A stretch of 44,880 nucleotides of DNA from a virus (IMGVR_UViG_3300046789_000068:1-44880), one strand, 5' to 3'; shown: positions 27,388-35,913, counted from the stretch's first letter. Notes: generated by a model not told the origin, from the letters alone. Numbers and translations: made by a program.

Positions 27388-27446
27388 GTCCAGTACCCAG
27401 GGTTAGTTTAGTATACCCGCGAAACCGGTTTTCGTCAAGCGATATT
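27388..27446 (-). promoter_or_regulatory. repeat element 9 (class B)
   Basis: Minus strand AATATCGC-TTGACG-N17-TATACT-N6-ACCCTGGGTACTGGAC. Confidence 0.85.
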
Positions 27447-27488
27447 CCGCCGCCGTCCGCGGCACCTTCCACCGCGCTACACGGCACG

Positions 27489-27536
27489 CCTACACGATCG
27501 ATCTATGCACGCGTGACAAACTTGATTCGATCGTGT
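27489..27536. promoter_or_regulatory. candidate repressor operator upstream of the integrase
   Basis: CCTACACGATCGAT (exact reverse complement of 42495-42508) plus inverted TCGATCGTGT at 27527. Confidence 0.6.
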
Positions 27537-27588
27537 TCACTACGTCTACGCGGTCCGATGTTCCGGGCCGGATTCGGAGTAAAAAGAC

Positions 27589-28950
27589 GTGGGCAAACCA
27601 GCAAGCGGCAGTCGTGATTTTGCAAAGGACGGGACGGTGATTGTGCGTATTTCACTCGGTGGCGGCGCGTCCCGGATCTCGGTGCCGCTCCACCGGCTTC
27701 CCGGGGATCCACATGTGGATTGGCTCCAAGGCGCGATCGTGGAGCATGCACGCACGCTATTCGCCGCCGGCACGGTGACGCGTGACGAACTAACGGCCGA
27801 GCTCAACCGGGCCGCACGCGTCACCGTGGGCTTGGACGGCGCCATGCTCCGGCCCGCGTGGGAGCGGATGATCCGGGACGGCTTGGTGGCGCAAAACATC
27901 GCCAAGGACCGCGCCACACGTGTGGGCAAGACGGTCAGGGACGTGGGTGAGCTGTGGATGGACGGGAAGATCCCGGGACTCAAAGAACGCGCGTGCCTTA
28001 AAGATCTCAAATATCAGTTGACGGAATACATCTATCCGGAGATCGGCCACGTGCCGCTTGAAGCGGTCGATGTGGATCACCTCACCCAAGTGTTCAACGC
28101 GGAGCGCTGCGCACACCTCACCCAAGGCGCGCGTGTGGGCTTGTGGAATACGGCGGCGCGTGTGATTTCGCTGGCCGTCTACCCACTTCGGCTGATCAAG
28201 GTCCATCCGATCCCAAGTGGTGCGCGGCCGCGGCAAACGCGCCACCGTGTCCCCGCCACGTTATGGCCCACCGATGATCAAGCCGTGTGTGAGTGCACGG
28301 CGATCTCCGTCCACGATCGCGTGTTCTTTGCCTACCTAGCCCGCGAAGGGGCCCGCATGGATGATGCGTGGGATCTCACGTGGGCCGGGGTGATCAAAAT
28401 GGGGAAAGCGAACGTGCTCCGCGCATGGTGGCGCAAAACGAAAAAGTGGGGCCAATGGGTGGCGTCCGCCGGCACGGTGGAAGGCTTGGAGCAATACCGG
28501 GACATGTACTTCCCGAACGCCAAGTCCACCGATCGGATCTTCCATCCGACATTCCCGCAAGCGCACGCGGCCCTGTACTACCGGAAGTATTTGGAAGCCG
28601 CCGGACTACGTAAGACGCGGCCGATCCTATTCGAGCGTGGGACGGAAGCGGGGTCGCAGGATTGGGCACGCGCTCATGACTTGCGCGCTTTGTGGGTCAC
28701 GCTTGGGATTGCGCGCCGCTTGACGGACGCGGAAGTCCGCGAACACACCGGCCACACGTCCGCGGAGATGATCCGGCGCTACACGCGCGAAGCGGAACTG
28801 TTCCGCGCGGCGGGGTGGCTGGACCTAACCCCACTCAACCTAGCGATCCCGGAGCTCCGGACGGGGCAAATTATCATTGCCACCGATGCTTGCCGTCTAT
28901 TGCCGGGCCGCGGTGGCCGTCCAAAGCAACTACCCGCAACCATTCAGTAA
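27589..28950 (+). CDS. int: tyrosine recombinase / integrase
   Basis: Catalytic pattern EGAR...KTK...HDLR...GHTS...RRY. Confidence 0.9.
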   Translation: MGKPASGSRDFAKDGTVIVRISLGGGASRISVPLHRLPGDPHVDWLQGAIVEHARTLFAAGTVTRDELTAELNRAARVTVGLDGAMLRPAWERMIRDGLVAQNIAKDRATRVGKTVRDVGELWMDGKIPGLKERACLKDLKYQLTEYIYPEIGHVPLEAVDVDHLTQVFNAERCAHLTQGARVGLWNTAARVISLAVYPLRLIKVHPIPSGARPRQTRHRVPATLWPTDDQAVCECTAISVHDRVFFAYLAREGARMDDAWDLTWAGVIKMGKANVLRAWWRKTKKWGQWVASAGTVEGLEQYRDMYFPNAKSTDRIFHPTFPQAHAALYYRKYLEAAGLRKTRPILFERGTEAGSQDWARAHDLRALWVTLGIARRLTDAEVREHTGHTSAEMIRRYTREAELFRAAGWLDLTPLNLAIPELRTGQIIIATDACRLLPGRGGRPKQLPATIQ

Positions 28951-28992
28951 TCCGCCGATTTTAGACGTAGCAGAGCTACGGCTCCGAACGGT

Positions 28993-29030
28993 CAAAAGCC
29001 CCGGGAATCGAATGGTTTCCGGGGCTTTTG
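28993..29030 (+). terminator. bidirectional terminator-like hairpin after the integrase
   Basis: CAAAAGCCCCGG...CCGGGGCTTTTG. Confidence 0.75.
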
Positions 29031-29110
29031 CGTGCGGACGGTTTCCATATTCGCGCATATGACAGCATCGGTTGCCGGCGGATGGCAAACGCTTAGCGCT
29101 TGCCATCTGG

Positions 29111-29151
29111 AAAAAAAGAACCCCGGCACGGTGAAAACCGGCCGGGGTTTT
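29111..29151 (-). terminator. intrinsic terminator for leftward transcription
   Basis: AACCCCGGC/GCCGGGGTT stem with T7 on the minus strand. Confidence 0.75.
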
Positions 29152-29185
29152 GTACTTTCGGGATCTGTCAACGGGGAAATGTGAG

Positions 29186-29428
29186 CTAAGGGGACTCGCG
29201 TTTGGCGAGTCCGGTCACATCACCATCGCTCACCGGCGCGTCAACGGCGGCCGTTCGGTGGGCTTCGGCGACCCAATCCACATAGCGCCGCAGCATCGCC
29301 CACACCTCGGGTTCGACCACGATCCGGTTGCTCGGCCCGAAGCCGTTTTCAGTTGTCAACACGATCTGATGTCCGTTCCATTCGGCATACACCGAGTCAC
29401 CAAGGTAGTGCTTTGGGAGCGCGCTCAT
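29186..29428 (-). CDS. small conserved-looking phage protein (MSALPKHYLGDSVYA...)
   Basis: YLGD.VYA...I.LTT...I.VEPEV pattern recalled from phage hypothetical proteins; start uncertain. Confidence 0.65.
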   Translation of the reverse strand: MSALPKHYLGDSVYAEWNGHQIVLTTENGFGPSNRIVVEPEVWAMLRRYVDWVAEAHRTAAVDAPVSDGDVTGLAKRESP

Positions 29429-29468
29429 AGTGCAACCGTACATGTGACCGTGTGGACGTGTCCGCAAT

Positions 29469-29506
29469 AAAACACCCCGCCGGGAGCGAACCCGGCGGGG
29501 TGTTTT
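29469..29506. terminator. perfect 16-bp hairpin, bidirectional terminator
   Basis: AAAACACCCCGCCGGG-agcgaa-CCCGGCGGGGTGTTTT. Confidence 0.8.
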
Positions 29507-29534
29507 CGGCTCCGCCCACCTACACCGTGGGGAG

Positions 29535-29780
29535 CTACCGCTTAAGTCCGCACGCTATAAGGGCCGCGTCCACATCATCCGCCGCCACGGGGATCGGGGT
29601 GTAGCCCTTGGACGTACGGAGCGCGCCCAAGAATAGGGCCGCATCGATCACCATACATTTGTGGGACAGCTTCATCACCGGCACGCCCAACTTGCGGGCC
29701 AGTCGTTTGCACTGCGCCCATGACATACCGGTGGCGGCCAGTGCGTTGTCACACGTGATCGTGATCGGTGCGGTGGACAT
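29535..29780 (-). CDS. excisionase-like winged-HTH protein
   Basis: 81 aa, basic; ALAATGMSWAQCKRLAR...PVMKL...VID pattern; converges on int at the end of the leftward operon. Confidence 0.5.
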   Translation of the reverse strand: MSTAPITITCDNALAATGMSWAQCKRLARKLGVPVMKLSHKCMVIDAALFLGALRTSKGYTPIPVAADDVDAALIACGLKR

Positions 29781-29785
29781 GGGGG

Positions 29786-30325
29786 CTACTCCACTACGTC
29801 CAAGGGTTCGGTGGGTGCTTCGGCTATCAACGGATCTTCCGCGCTGGCCATCTCACGAAGCACTTGATCGAGGCGTTCCACCGACGTGTCGGCTTCGGAG
29901 AGTTCATCTGTGCTCACCACGTCCACACCAAGCTTGGACATCCCCGCAAGCGTGGCGTTCACCACCTTTTCTAGGCCGTCCGCCGCTTCGCGAGTCCGCC
30001 GTATGAGCTCGCACACCGCGTTCAAAGCGGACATGGTCCGCTCCAAACCGGCTTCGTCCGCAAGCTCCGCCGTGAACCCCACACGGCCGGCGCCACCGCC
30101 GCCGGCGGATAGGTGGGCCCAATCCGGCATGGCCAGCTTGTACCCGCTTTGTGTGGGCGTGACCGCCACCACCACACCAAGGATCCCAAGCTCCGCGATC
30201 TGCCGCGAGAGATCCAAAGCTGGCCGGATGTTTTCCGCCGGTGCGGATCCGATCGGGAGCATGTCCACCGGCGGTGGAACCGGAATGAACATCGTTTCCT
30301 GCGTTTCCTCATTTTCGTCCAGCAT
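29786..30325 (-). CDS. hypothetical protein
   Basis: Tightly packed in the leftward operon; AGGAA upstream. Confidence 0.65.
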   Translation of the reverse strand: MLDENEETQETMFIPVPPPVDMLPIGSAPAENIRPALDLSRQIAELGILGVVVAVTPTQSGYKLAMPDWAHLSAGGGGAGRVGFTAELADEAGLERTMSALNAVCELIRRTREAADGLEKVVNATLAGMSKLGVDVVSTDELSEADTSVERLDQVLREMASAEDPLIAEAPTEPLDVVE

Positions 30326-30536
30326 AAATAGTTTCCTTTCCGCGCGCTGCTTTCCTGTTTCGCTTGACTTGTTTGGTTCGCTTGGACCGTTTCGGTTGCG
30401 CTTCTTTCGAAGCCAGCAAAGCCTGGATTTTCAGTGAATACGTTAGTTGATTCACGAAGTAGGAAAGATCTTCCACAACGCTAACCAGCTTCGCGATCCC
30501 CCTAACCAAGTGGGCAAGGTCCGGGGTTTCGCTCAT
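30309..30536 (-). CDS. hypothetical protein with basic tail
   Basis: ATGA-coupled within the operon. Confidence 0.55.
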   Translation of the reverse strand: MSETPDLAHLVRGIAKLVSVVEDLSYFVNQLTYSLKIQALLASKEAQPKRSKRTKQVKRNRKAARGKETIYAGRK

Positions 30537-30844
30537 GCGCCCACCCCTTCCGGGTTAGTCAGTCTGATCCGGAAGGGAAGGCCCACCGCCGCAAGCTCCC
30601 CTTGCAAGACCGCTTGCGCGATCACTTGATCCGAATATCCAAACCGGCGGCCCCATTCGATCGCTTGCCGAAGCGTTGCGCGGCGGCGGCCGCTTATGAT
30701 CTCCGGGATGTAGTTGTATGACACATGGAATAGACGCATTTTGTCCATCCACGTGACCGCTCCCGCACGCTCGCAAATCTCCGCAAGTATCTGTCCGAAC
30801 GATAGCGGGCCCGCGCTTTTCTTTCGCCGCTTCGCCGTGTTCAT
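30533..30844 (-). CDS. XRE/HigA-like HTH protein
   Basis: VSYNYIPEIISGRRRATLRQAIEWGRRFG HTH pattern. Confidence 0.7.
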   Translation of the reverse strand: MNTAKRRKKSAGPLSFGQILAEICERAGAVTWMDKMRLFHVSYNYIPEIISGRRRATLRQAIEWGRRFGYSDQVIAQAVLQGELAAVGLPFRIRLTNPEGVGA

Positions 30845-32067
30845 ACCCTTATGTCCTCCAAGGTCCCCGCGATTCTCTCGATCAGCGTGGTGTCCCGGCG
30901 CGCGCCGTCTTTCTTCAAGGCGCGGCCGATCCCCTTGCGGTCACCCACGATCGTCACCTTCGCCTTGGCGCGCGTGATCGCGGTGTACAAAATCGATCTA
31001 TTGAGCATGCGTGTGTGTGTCGAATGGACTACACAGATCACATGCTGAAACTCTGACCCTTGTGTCTTGTGTATGGTGAGCGCGTATGCTTGCTGTAACG
31101 CGTCCGAATCGCTTAGCGAATACTGCACAACCGATCCCAAGTCCGGGAAGTTGACGGTGATCGGGCCGCCGGCCGGGAAGTCCGTGATCGTACCTAGCTC
31201 CCCATTCATCACGCCTAGGTCATAGTCATTCGAGGTTTGGATCACTCGCGTCCCAAGCCGGATCCCCACGCGATCCGGCCCACGTGAGCGCATGGGTTCC
31301 CCGTCCGCCGCCACGGGGCTATTCAGGTTCAAGAGCGAATCAAGCTCCCGGCCCAAGCCGTCACACCCCGCCGCGCCGGGTTTCTGTGGGGACAAAACCA
31401 TGGGCGGGGCCGCCGCGTCCGCCGCGCCGGCCCGTGAGTATCCCGTGGCCACGATCGCTTCCCGCACCGCCGCCGGCACGTCCGCCGCGTCTTGCACTTC
31501 GATCAGCTCGAACCCCGGGCACGCGTCCAGTTCGAGCGGGCCGCCTACCAAAACGCGCGGAGCGTTGCGCGCCACCCATGACTCCGCGGCGGCGCGGTGC
31601 TGGGTTCGAAGCCGCGCCACCGGGGCCGCTTCGGAGTCGACCAGATCGCCAAACATCCGGCCGGGGCCCACCGGCGGGAGCTGATCCGCGTCACCGACTA
31701 GGATCAACCGTGCGTGGCCCGTGCGCTCCATCAGCGCCAAGCCGAGCTCATAATCGATCATCGACGCTTCATCGACGATCACCACGGACGCGTCCACCGC
31801 GTCCACGGTGAAGCCGGCCCCGGGGCGGTACCCTAGCAGCCTATGCAGAGTCACCGCCGGCCGGCCGGTGCTTTGCTCCATCCGGCGCGCCGCCTTGCCC
31901 GTGGGCGCCGCAAGGGCCACGCGTTCCACCGGGCCGAGTCTTTCCAGCGCGGTCCGTAGCGTGGTGGTTTTGCCGGACCCCGGTGGGCCCGTCACCAAGC
32001 CGAAGCGCGCGCGGAGCATGAGTTCCACCGCGTGGGCTTGGGACGCGTCCAAAACCAGCGCGCTCAC
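30841..32067 (-). CDS. RecD2-like SF1B helicase, motor half
   Basis: GPPGSGKTT, APTGKAA, DEASM, GDADQLPPVGPG, YALTIHKTQGSEF and LYTAITRAK motifs. Confidence 0.92.
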   Translation of the reverse strand: MSALVLDASQAHAVELMLRARFGLVTGPPGSGKTTTLRTALERLGPVERVALAAPTGKAARRMEQSTGRPAVTLHRLLGYRPGAGFTVDAVDASVVIVDEASMIDYELGLALMERTGHARLILVGDADQLPPVGPGRMFGDLVDSEAAPVARLRTQHRAAAESWVARNAPRVLVGGPLELDACPGFELIEVQDAADVPAAVREAIVATGYSRAGAADAAAPPMVLSPQKPGAAGCDGLGRELDSLLNLNSPVAADGEPMRSRGPDRVGIRLGTRVIQTSNDYDLGVMNGELGTITDFPAGGPITVNFPDLGSVVQYSLSDSDALQQAYALTIHKTQGSEFQHVICVVHSTHTRMLNRSILYTAITRAKAKVTIVGDRKGIGRALKKDGARRDTTLIERIAGTLEDIRV

Positions 32068-32576
32068 GTGTCACCCCACGGGCCGCGAATCCCCACGGGC
32101 CGCGGTCCGAGATTCAGCTTCATGTGGACGGCCACGGCACACCGCGTGGATCCGCAATGGTTTGTGTCCGGCGGAACCATCACCCCGCACCGGTCACACC
32201 GGTGGATGTTCTTGGGATCCAGGTAACGAAACTCCAACACTTGGCCCGGCGGCCGAGCTGCGATCCCGGCTTCCATCCCTTCCGAGATCCCGTGGTCGCA
32301 ATACACCACGCGGGCTTCCGCCATGGCTCCCCACTGGAAACCGATCCGCATGCCTAGATCGCGCTCCGCGGGGTCACCGTCCCGCAAGACCGTTTTGAAC
32401 ATCACGTGGGACGCGTAGGGGCTTTCACCCATGACTAACACCGCGTGGCGAACGCACGCCCACGCATACAAGCGGTTACGTTGAAACAGGATCCACGCCA
32501 CCGCCGGACGAAACACCTTCCACACCCATGCCGGCGGCCGGCCGGCCATTGGACTCTCGATCACTACGGTTCGCAT
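32064..32576 (-). CDS. DUF4406/DUF7768-like nucleoside-deoxyribosyltransferase-fold protein
   Basis: VVIESPMAG...ESPYASH...ERDLG...VYCDHGISEGM motifs; C-terminal CxxC..C. Confidence 0.7.
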   Translation of the reverse strand: MRTVVIESPMAGRPPAWVWKVFRPAVAWILFQRNRLYAWACVRHAVLVMGESPYASHVMFKTVLRDGDPAERDLGMRIGFQWGAMAEARVVYCDHGISEGMEAGIAARPPGQVLEFRYLDPKNIHRCDRCGVMVPPDTNHCGSTRCAVAVHMKLNLGPRPVGIRGPWGDT

Positions 32577-33477
32577 ACACTAACCCTCCGCGTCTAACGA
32601 TGTGACTTGACAGTTCAGCTTCGATTGCGTCGATTCGCTCCGCGTAGATCCGGTGACCCCGGCGGACGATCTCCCCCTTGGCCAAGGCGATATCGATCGC
32701 GTCCAACACGGTGAGCTTGCTCAAACCTAACAGCTCCCCCACCGCCACTTGGAAATCGATCGGCACCATGAACACGTGGCCGTGTTCGCTCATGTGTGAC
32801 TCTAGAACGTGCCGCAAGGCGGAGCGGATCCGCACCGGGGAGTCCACGGGGATCCCGGTGCGGCGCGCCACCGCGTCCGCCGTGAGCCATCCAAACCCCG
32901 GCACGCGGAGATACAAGTCATAAGGGGCCGCGCGAATCGCCTCCACCACGTCCGCTAGGTCCCGGCCAAACACCATCATGCACTTGGAGATCTGACCCTC
33001 CGTCAAACCCCACCCACGGAGCGTGCTTCCGTGTTCGCGCGTGTCTTTCACGGTCGCATAGACCGCTTGGATCTCCACCGCACGCTCCGCGGTGATCCCC
33101 GGCACTTCGGCAAGCCGGCCCGGTTCGCGCTCCACCACCTTCCAAAACGCGTCTAGGCCCCCGAAGTGGTCCAGCATGGCGCGCGCGCGTTTCTTCCCTA
33201 GCATCGGAAGGTGGTGGGCGATCCACGCCACCGCGCCGTCCACGGAGTCCGGGATCGTCACGGCCCCGGCGGTAACCTTGAACTGCGCACCGTACTTGGG
33301 ATGTGTTTCGTGTGTGCCGGTGAGCTCCACCGCGTCCCCGGGCCGAGCTCCGCGGATCGTGCCCACCACGGTCACGCGGTCCCCCGTGGTGGGCGTGAAC
33401 GTGCCGCGTCCCCACCCCGTGTCCCCGTGTTGCTGCCACCGGTCCAGCGTTCCGCGAAGCGTGATCGATGCTGCCAT
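32476..33477 (-). CDS. RecD2-like N-terminal half (OB + helix-hairpin-helix domains)
   Basis: HPKYGAQFKV, VPGI and PYDL..VPGFGW.TAD motifs of RecD2/YrrC N-terminus; no ATPase motifs. Confidence 0.88.
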   Translation of the reverse strand: MAASITLRGTLDRWQQHGDTGWGRGTFTPTTGDRVTVVGTIRGARPGDAVELTGTHETHPKYGAQFKVTAGAVTIPDSVDGAVAWIAHHLPMLGKKRARAMLDHFGGLDAFWKVVEREPGRLAEVPGITAERAVEIQAVYATVKDTREHGSTLRGWGLTEGQISKCMMVFGRDLADVVEAIRAAPYDLYLRVPGFGWLTADAVARRTGIPVDSPVRIRSALRHVLESHMSEHGHVFMVPIDFQVAVGELLGLSKLTVLDAIDIALAKGEIVRRGHRIYAERIDAIEAELSSHIVRRGGLVYANRSDRESNGRPAAGMGVEGVSSGGGVDPVST

Positions 33478-33479
33478 GA

Positions 33480-34394
33480 TCAGCTCCGATCGAAGTCTTC
33501 CGGATCGAAGTCCGTGGGCGCGCCGCCACCGCCGCCGCTAGCTGCATTCGCCGCCGCCGGGGCCGCTTCCGCCTTGGAGTGGTCTTCCGCGCGCGTGAGT
33601 ATGCTTCGATACGCGTCCAAGGTTTCGCGGCACATGTCCGCCGTAGCGGGGTCCGTGACTCCGGTCACATCGATCACCGGCACGGCATACTTGCCGTTTT
33701 CCGACAGCTCCAAAGAAAGCCGCACGCGCCGCCAATAAAGCGGCATGTTGGCCTTACGGCCGTCCGGGAGCTCCCGCTTGCCGAAGTGGTGGCGTTGCAC
33801 GTGGGTCCGGATCGCGCTGGCCGAAGTCCGGCGGAACAAAATCACGAACGGTTCACGCGTGGCCATGTCCACGGCGAGCACGTAGTAAGACTCGTCGCAA
33901 TTCACCGAACGCTTACCCTTGGCGTTCTTTTTCCACGCCGCGTCCGGACACCCCTTGCATGTGCGCGTCCGTTGCGTGGCTTGCTCGATCCCCGTGACGC
34001 AGTCATTGGACATACATATGTATGTCGTTTCTTCCGTGTCTTCATCGTACGTCGTGAACGCACGCGTGGTGTGTTCCATGATCAGGATCGCATCGATCGT
34101 CTTGGCGGATCTCTGCGAGATCGGATCATAGTACACGTCCGGCACAAGCCGGTTACCGTCGACATCCGTCCCTTTGGATTGATTGAAAAGCCGGCGCGGA
34201 AGCCGGAACTGATCCGATCCCATGCTTTCGGAAAAGCCGTCGTATACCTCCGCGTCCCCTTCCACCGAAGCGTTCAAGGCGGCCAGCGCGGCGGCTTCAT
34301 CGGACGCGGTGGCCAGTGCGGCGGAAGGTGGCGCGGCCGGTGCGGCGGGCGTGGTGTTAGGCGTGGGCTTTGCAGTGGTGGTAGCTCTAGTCAT
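33480..34394 (-). CDS. putative ssDNA-binding/annealing protein with Cys cluster
   Basis: C.S.DC..G...CKGCP...C; acidic-aromatic tail DFDPEDFDRS; neighbours a nuclease and a helicase. Confidence 0.5.
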   Translation of the reverse strand: MTRATTTAKPTPNTTPAAPAAPPSAALATASDEAAALAALNASVEGDAEVYDGFSESMGSDQFRLPRRLFNQSKGTDVDGNRLVPDVYYDPISQRSAKTIDAILIMEHTTRAFTTYDEDTEETTYICMSNDCVTGIEQATQRTRTCKGCPDAAWKKNAKGKRSVNCDESYYVLAVDMATREPFVILFRRTSASAIRTHVQRHHFGKRELPDGRKANMPLYWRRVRLSLELSENGKYAVPVIDVTGVTDPATADMCRETLDAYRSILTRAEDHSKAEAAPAAANAASGGGGGAPTDFDPEDFDRS

Positions 34395-34615
34395 TGTGGT
34401 TCTGTCCCTTCATCCCATTTGCGATCGTTCGTTTCGAAGTGTGTGACCCATTCGCGGTATTGCCGTCCGGTGAGCGCACGGACGATCTGATCCAAGACCC
34501 ACGCGCGTTCGCGGCCGCGGCGGTGGCCGTATCGCATGGCGATGATCAAAGCGTCCGCTATCCGGCCGGCGCGCGCCGCTTCCCCTTGCGAGAATGTACG
34601 TATGTCAACCATCAC
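34391..34615 (-). CDS. small hypothetical phage protein
   Basis: WVLDQIVRALTG..Y..WV...WDEG pattern; coupled in the operon. Confidence 0.65.
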   Translation of the reverse strand: MMVDIRTFSQGEAARAGRIADALIIAMRYGHRRGRERAWVLDQIVRALTGRQYREWVTHFETNDRKWDEGTEPQ

Positions 34616-34841
34616 CTAACCCTTCCTTTTCCGCGAACCACGCGGTGACGATCAAGGTTCCCCGATCGCCTAACTGATACACTTCGGACATCGGTGTGAT
34701 CTGTGACTGCGGGATCCACCGCATGCGAACCCCCTTCGCGATCACCACGCGGATCGCGCGTTCGGTTTGGGCGATGCATTCCACGTCCGGGATGGACACG
34801 GGGTCTAACTGTTCACGCTCACGCTTTCCGCTCATGTACAC
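34605..34841 (-). CDS. small beta-barrel-type phage protein
   Basis: TERAI...WIPQSQI...WFAEKEGL pattern; coupled in the operon. Confidence 0.65.
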   Translation of the reverse strand: MYMSGKREREQLDPVSIPDVECIAQTERAIRVVIAKGVRMRWIPQSQITPMSEVYQLGDRGTLIVTAWFAEKEGLGDG

Positions 34842-35886
34842 GCTCCGCCTTTTCTAGTTGCGCCAAAGCCGCGTAATCCTCCGCCGTGCTCCCCGCGGCA
34901 TAGCCCGCGTTCAAGCACTGCGATCGGTAGTGACACCGTCCACACTTTTCGTCCGGGCTATCGATGAAGCGCCCAAGCCGGACCGTCCCCACGATCACCT
35001 TCAATCTCGAATGGAACCGGGACAAGACGTCCGGCCGGAGATGGATAGGCATCCAAGCCCCGCCGCGCTGATCCCCGGCTTTGTACTTGTGCTGTGTGGC
35101 TTCCCTATACCCATGCAGCGCCAAGTCTTCCGGCCGCTCTAGAAGCTTGCTCCCGGCGCGCTTATAGGGGACGTAGTCCGCCGCGTGGACTTGGTGGATC
35201 TGACTAGGGAACGCGCCGTAAGTGGGTTCCGCGAAGCGCGGATCAAGTCGGGAGCGTGCTTCCGCGATCAAGTCCCGTTCGAGCTGGACGCGATCCCTTC
35301 CCATGGGAGCTTCGAACACACCGGTGTGCAGCGCGGCCGAGTACAAGCCCCCCTCGAACCCGTGCTCCAAAGCGATGGGGTGCGGCTTCATCGCGCCAAA
35401 CTTCCAATCGCACATGGCGATCGTCCCCGGCGCGGCCACGGGTTCGTAGATCAGATCGATGTGTCCGGCGAGCCAGTAATCACCGAACGGAGCAATGAAC
35501 CCTTGCTCCACTCCGATCACGCGAAGCACCCACCGCGGCAAGTCCGCGATCAAGCCGTCCGCCGCGGCCGCGGTGTCCATCACGTCTTCCGGATCCGCGT
35601 CCGGCACGGCACGCGCAATCCACCGTGCGATAGCTCCGCGGTCCCGGTGGCCGGTCCACGTGCCATCCAGCACCATCGCCACCACCGCGTGGCCGGCGGT
35701 GCCCAAACTCGCACGCATGCCGGCTTCGCGGAGCTGGCCGTCCGCGTCATTCCTCACATAGTGGAACTGTTTTGGACATGCAAAATGTCCAACGAAATAA
35801 CTACAATGAGACTTATGGACGGGGTCTAACAGTCCACCATACTTGCGGTGATCCCACGGCCACAGAGACGGGGCTACACGATCCAT
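34819..35886 (-). CDS. PD-(D/E)XK exonuclease, Cas4/AddB-like with Fe-S staple cysteines
   Basis: CPKQF, GT.GH, GHIDLI, DWKFG, C-terminal CGRCHYRSQC. Confidence 0.85.
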   Translation of the reverse strand: MDRVAPSLWPWDHRKYGGLLDPVHKSHCSYFVGHFACPKQFHYVRNDADGQLREAGMRASLGTAGHAVVAMVLDGTWTGHRDRGAIARWIARAVPDADPEDVMDTAAAADGLIADLPRWVLRVIGVEQGFIAPFGDYWLAGHIDLIYEPVAAPGTIAMCDWKFGAMKPHPIALEHGFEGGLYSAALHTGVFEAPMGRDRVQLERDLIAEARSRLDPRFAEPTYGAFPSQIHQVHAADYVPYKRAGSKLLERPEDLALHGYREATQHKYKAGDQRGGAWMPIHLRPDVLSRFHSRLKVIVGTVRLGRFIDSPDEKCGRCHYRSQCLNAGYAAGSTAEDYAALAQLEKAERVHERKA

Positions 35887-35913
35887 GTAACCGCGTATAC
35901 GTGGATCGTGTAG
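35874..35913. promoter_or_regulatory. dyad operator over the leftward early promoter/start codon
   Basis: CTACACGATCCA-N16-TGGATCGTGTAG. Confidence 0.75.

Noticed and set aside
23853-27446. CRISPR array interpretation of the nine repeats
   Set aside because: Copies lie on both strands at irregular 40-1000 bp spacing, enclose whole genes and have promoter geometry; no cas operon, and the Cas4-like gene sits in a recombination module
28951-29185. tRNA or tRNA-fragment att core
   Set aside because: No TpsiC arm/CCA-type sequence recognisable on either strand
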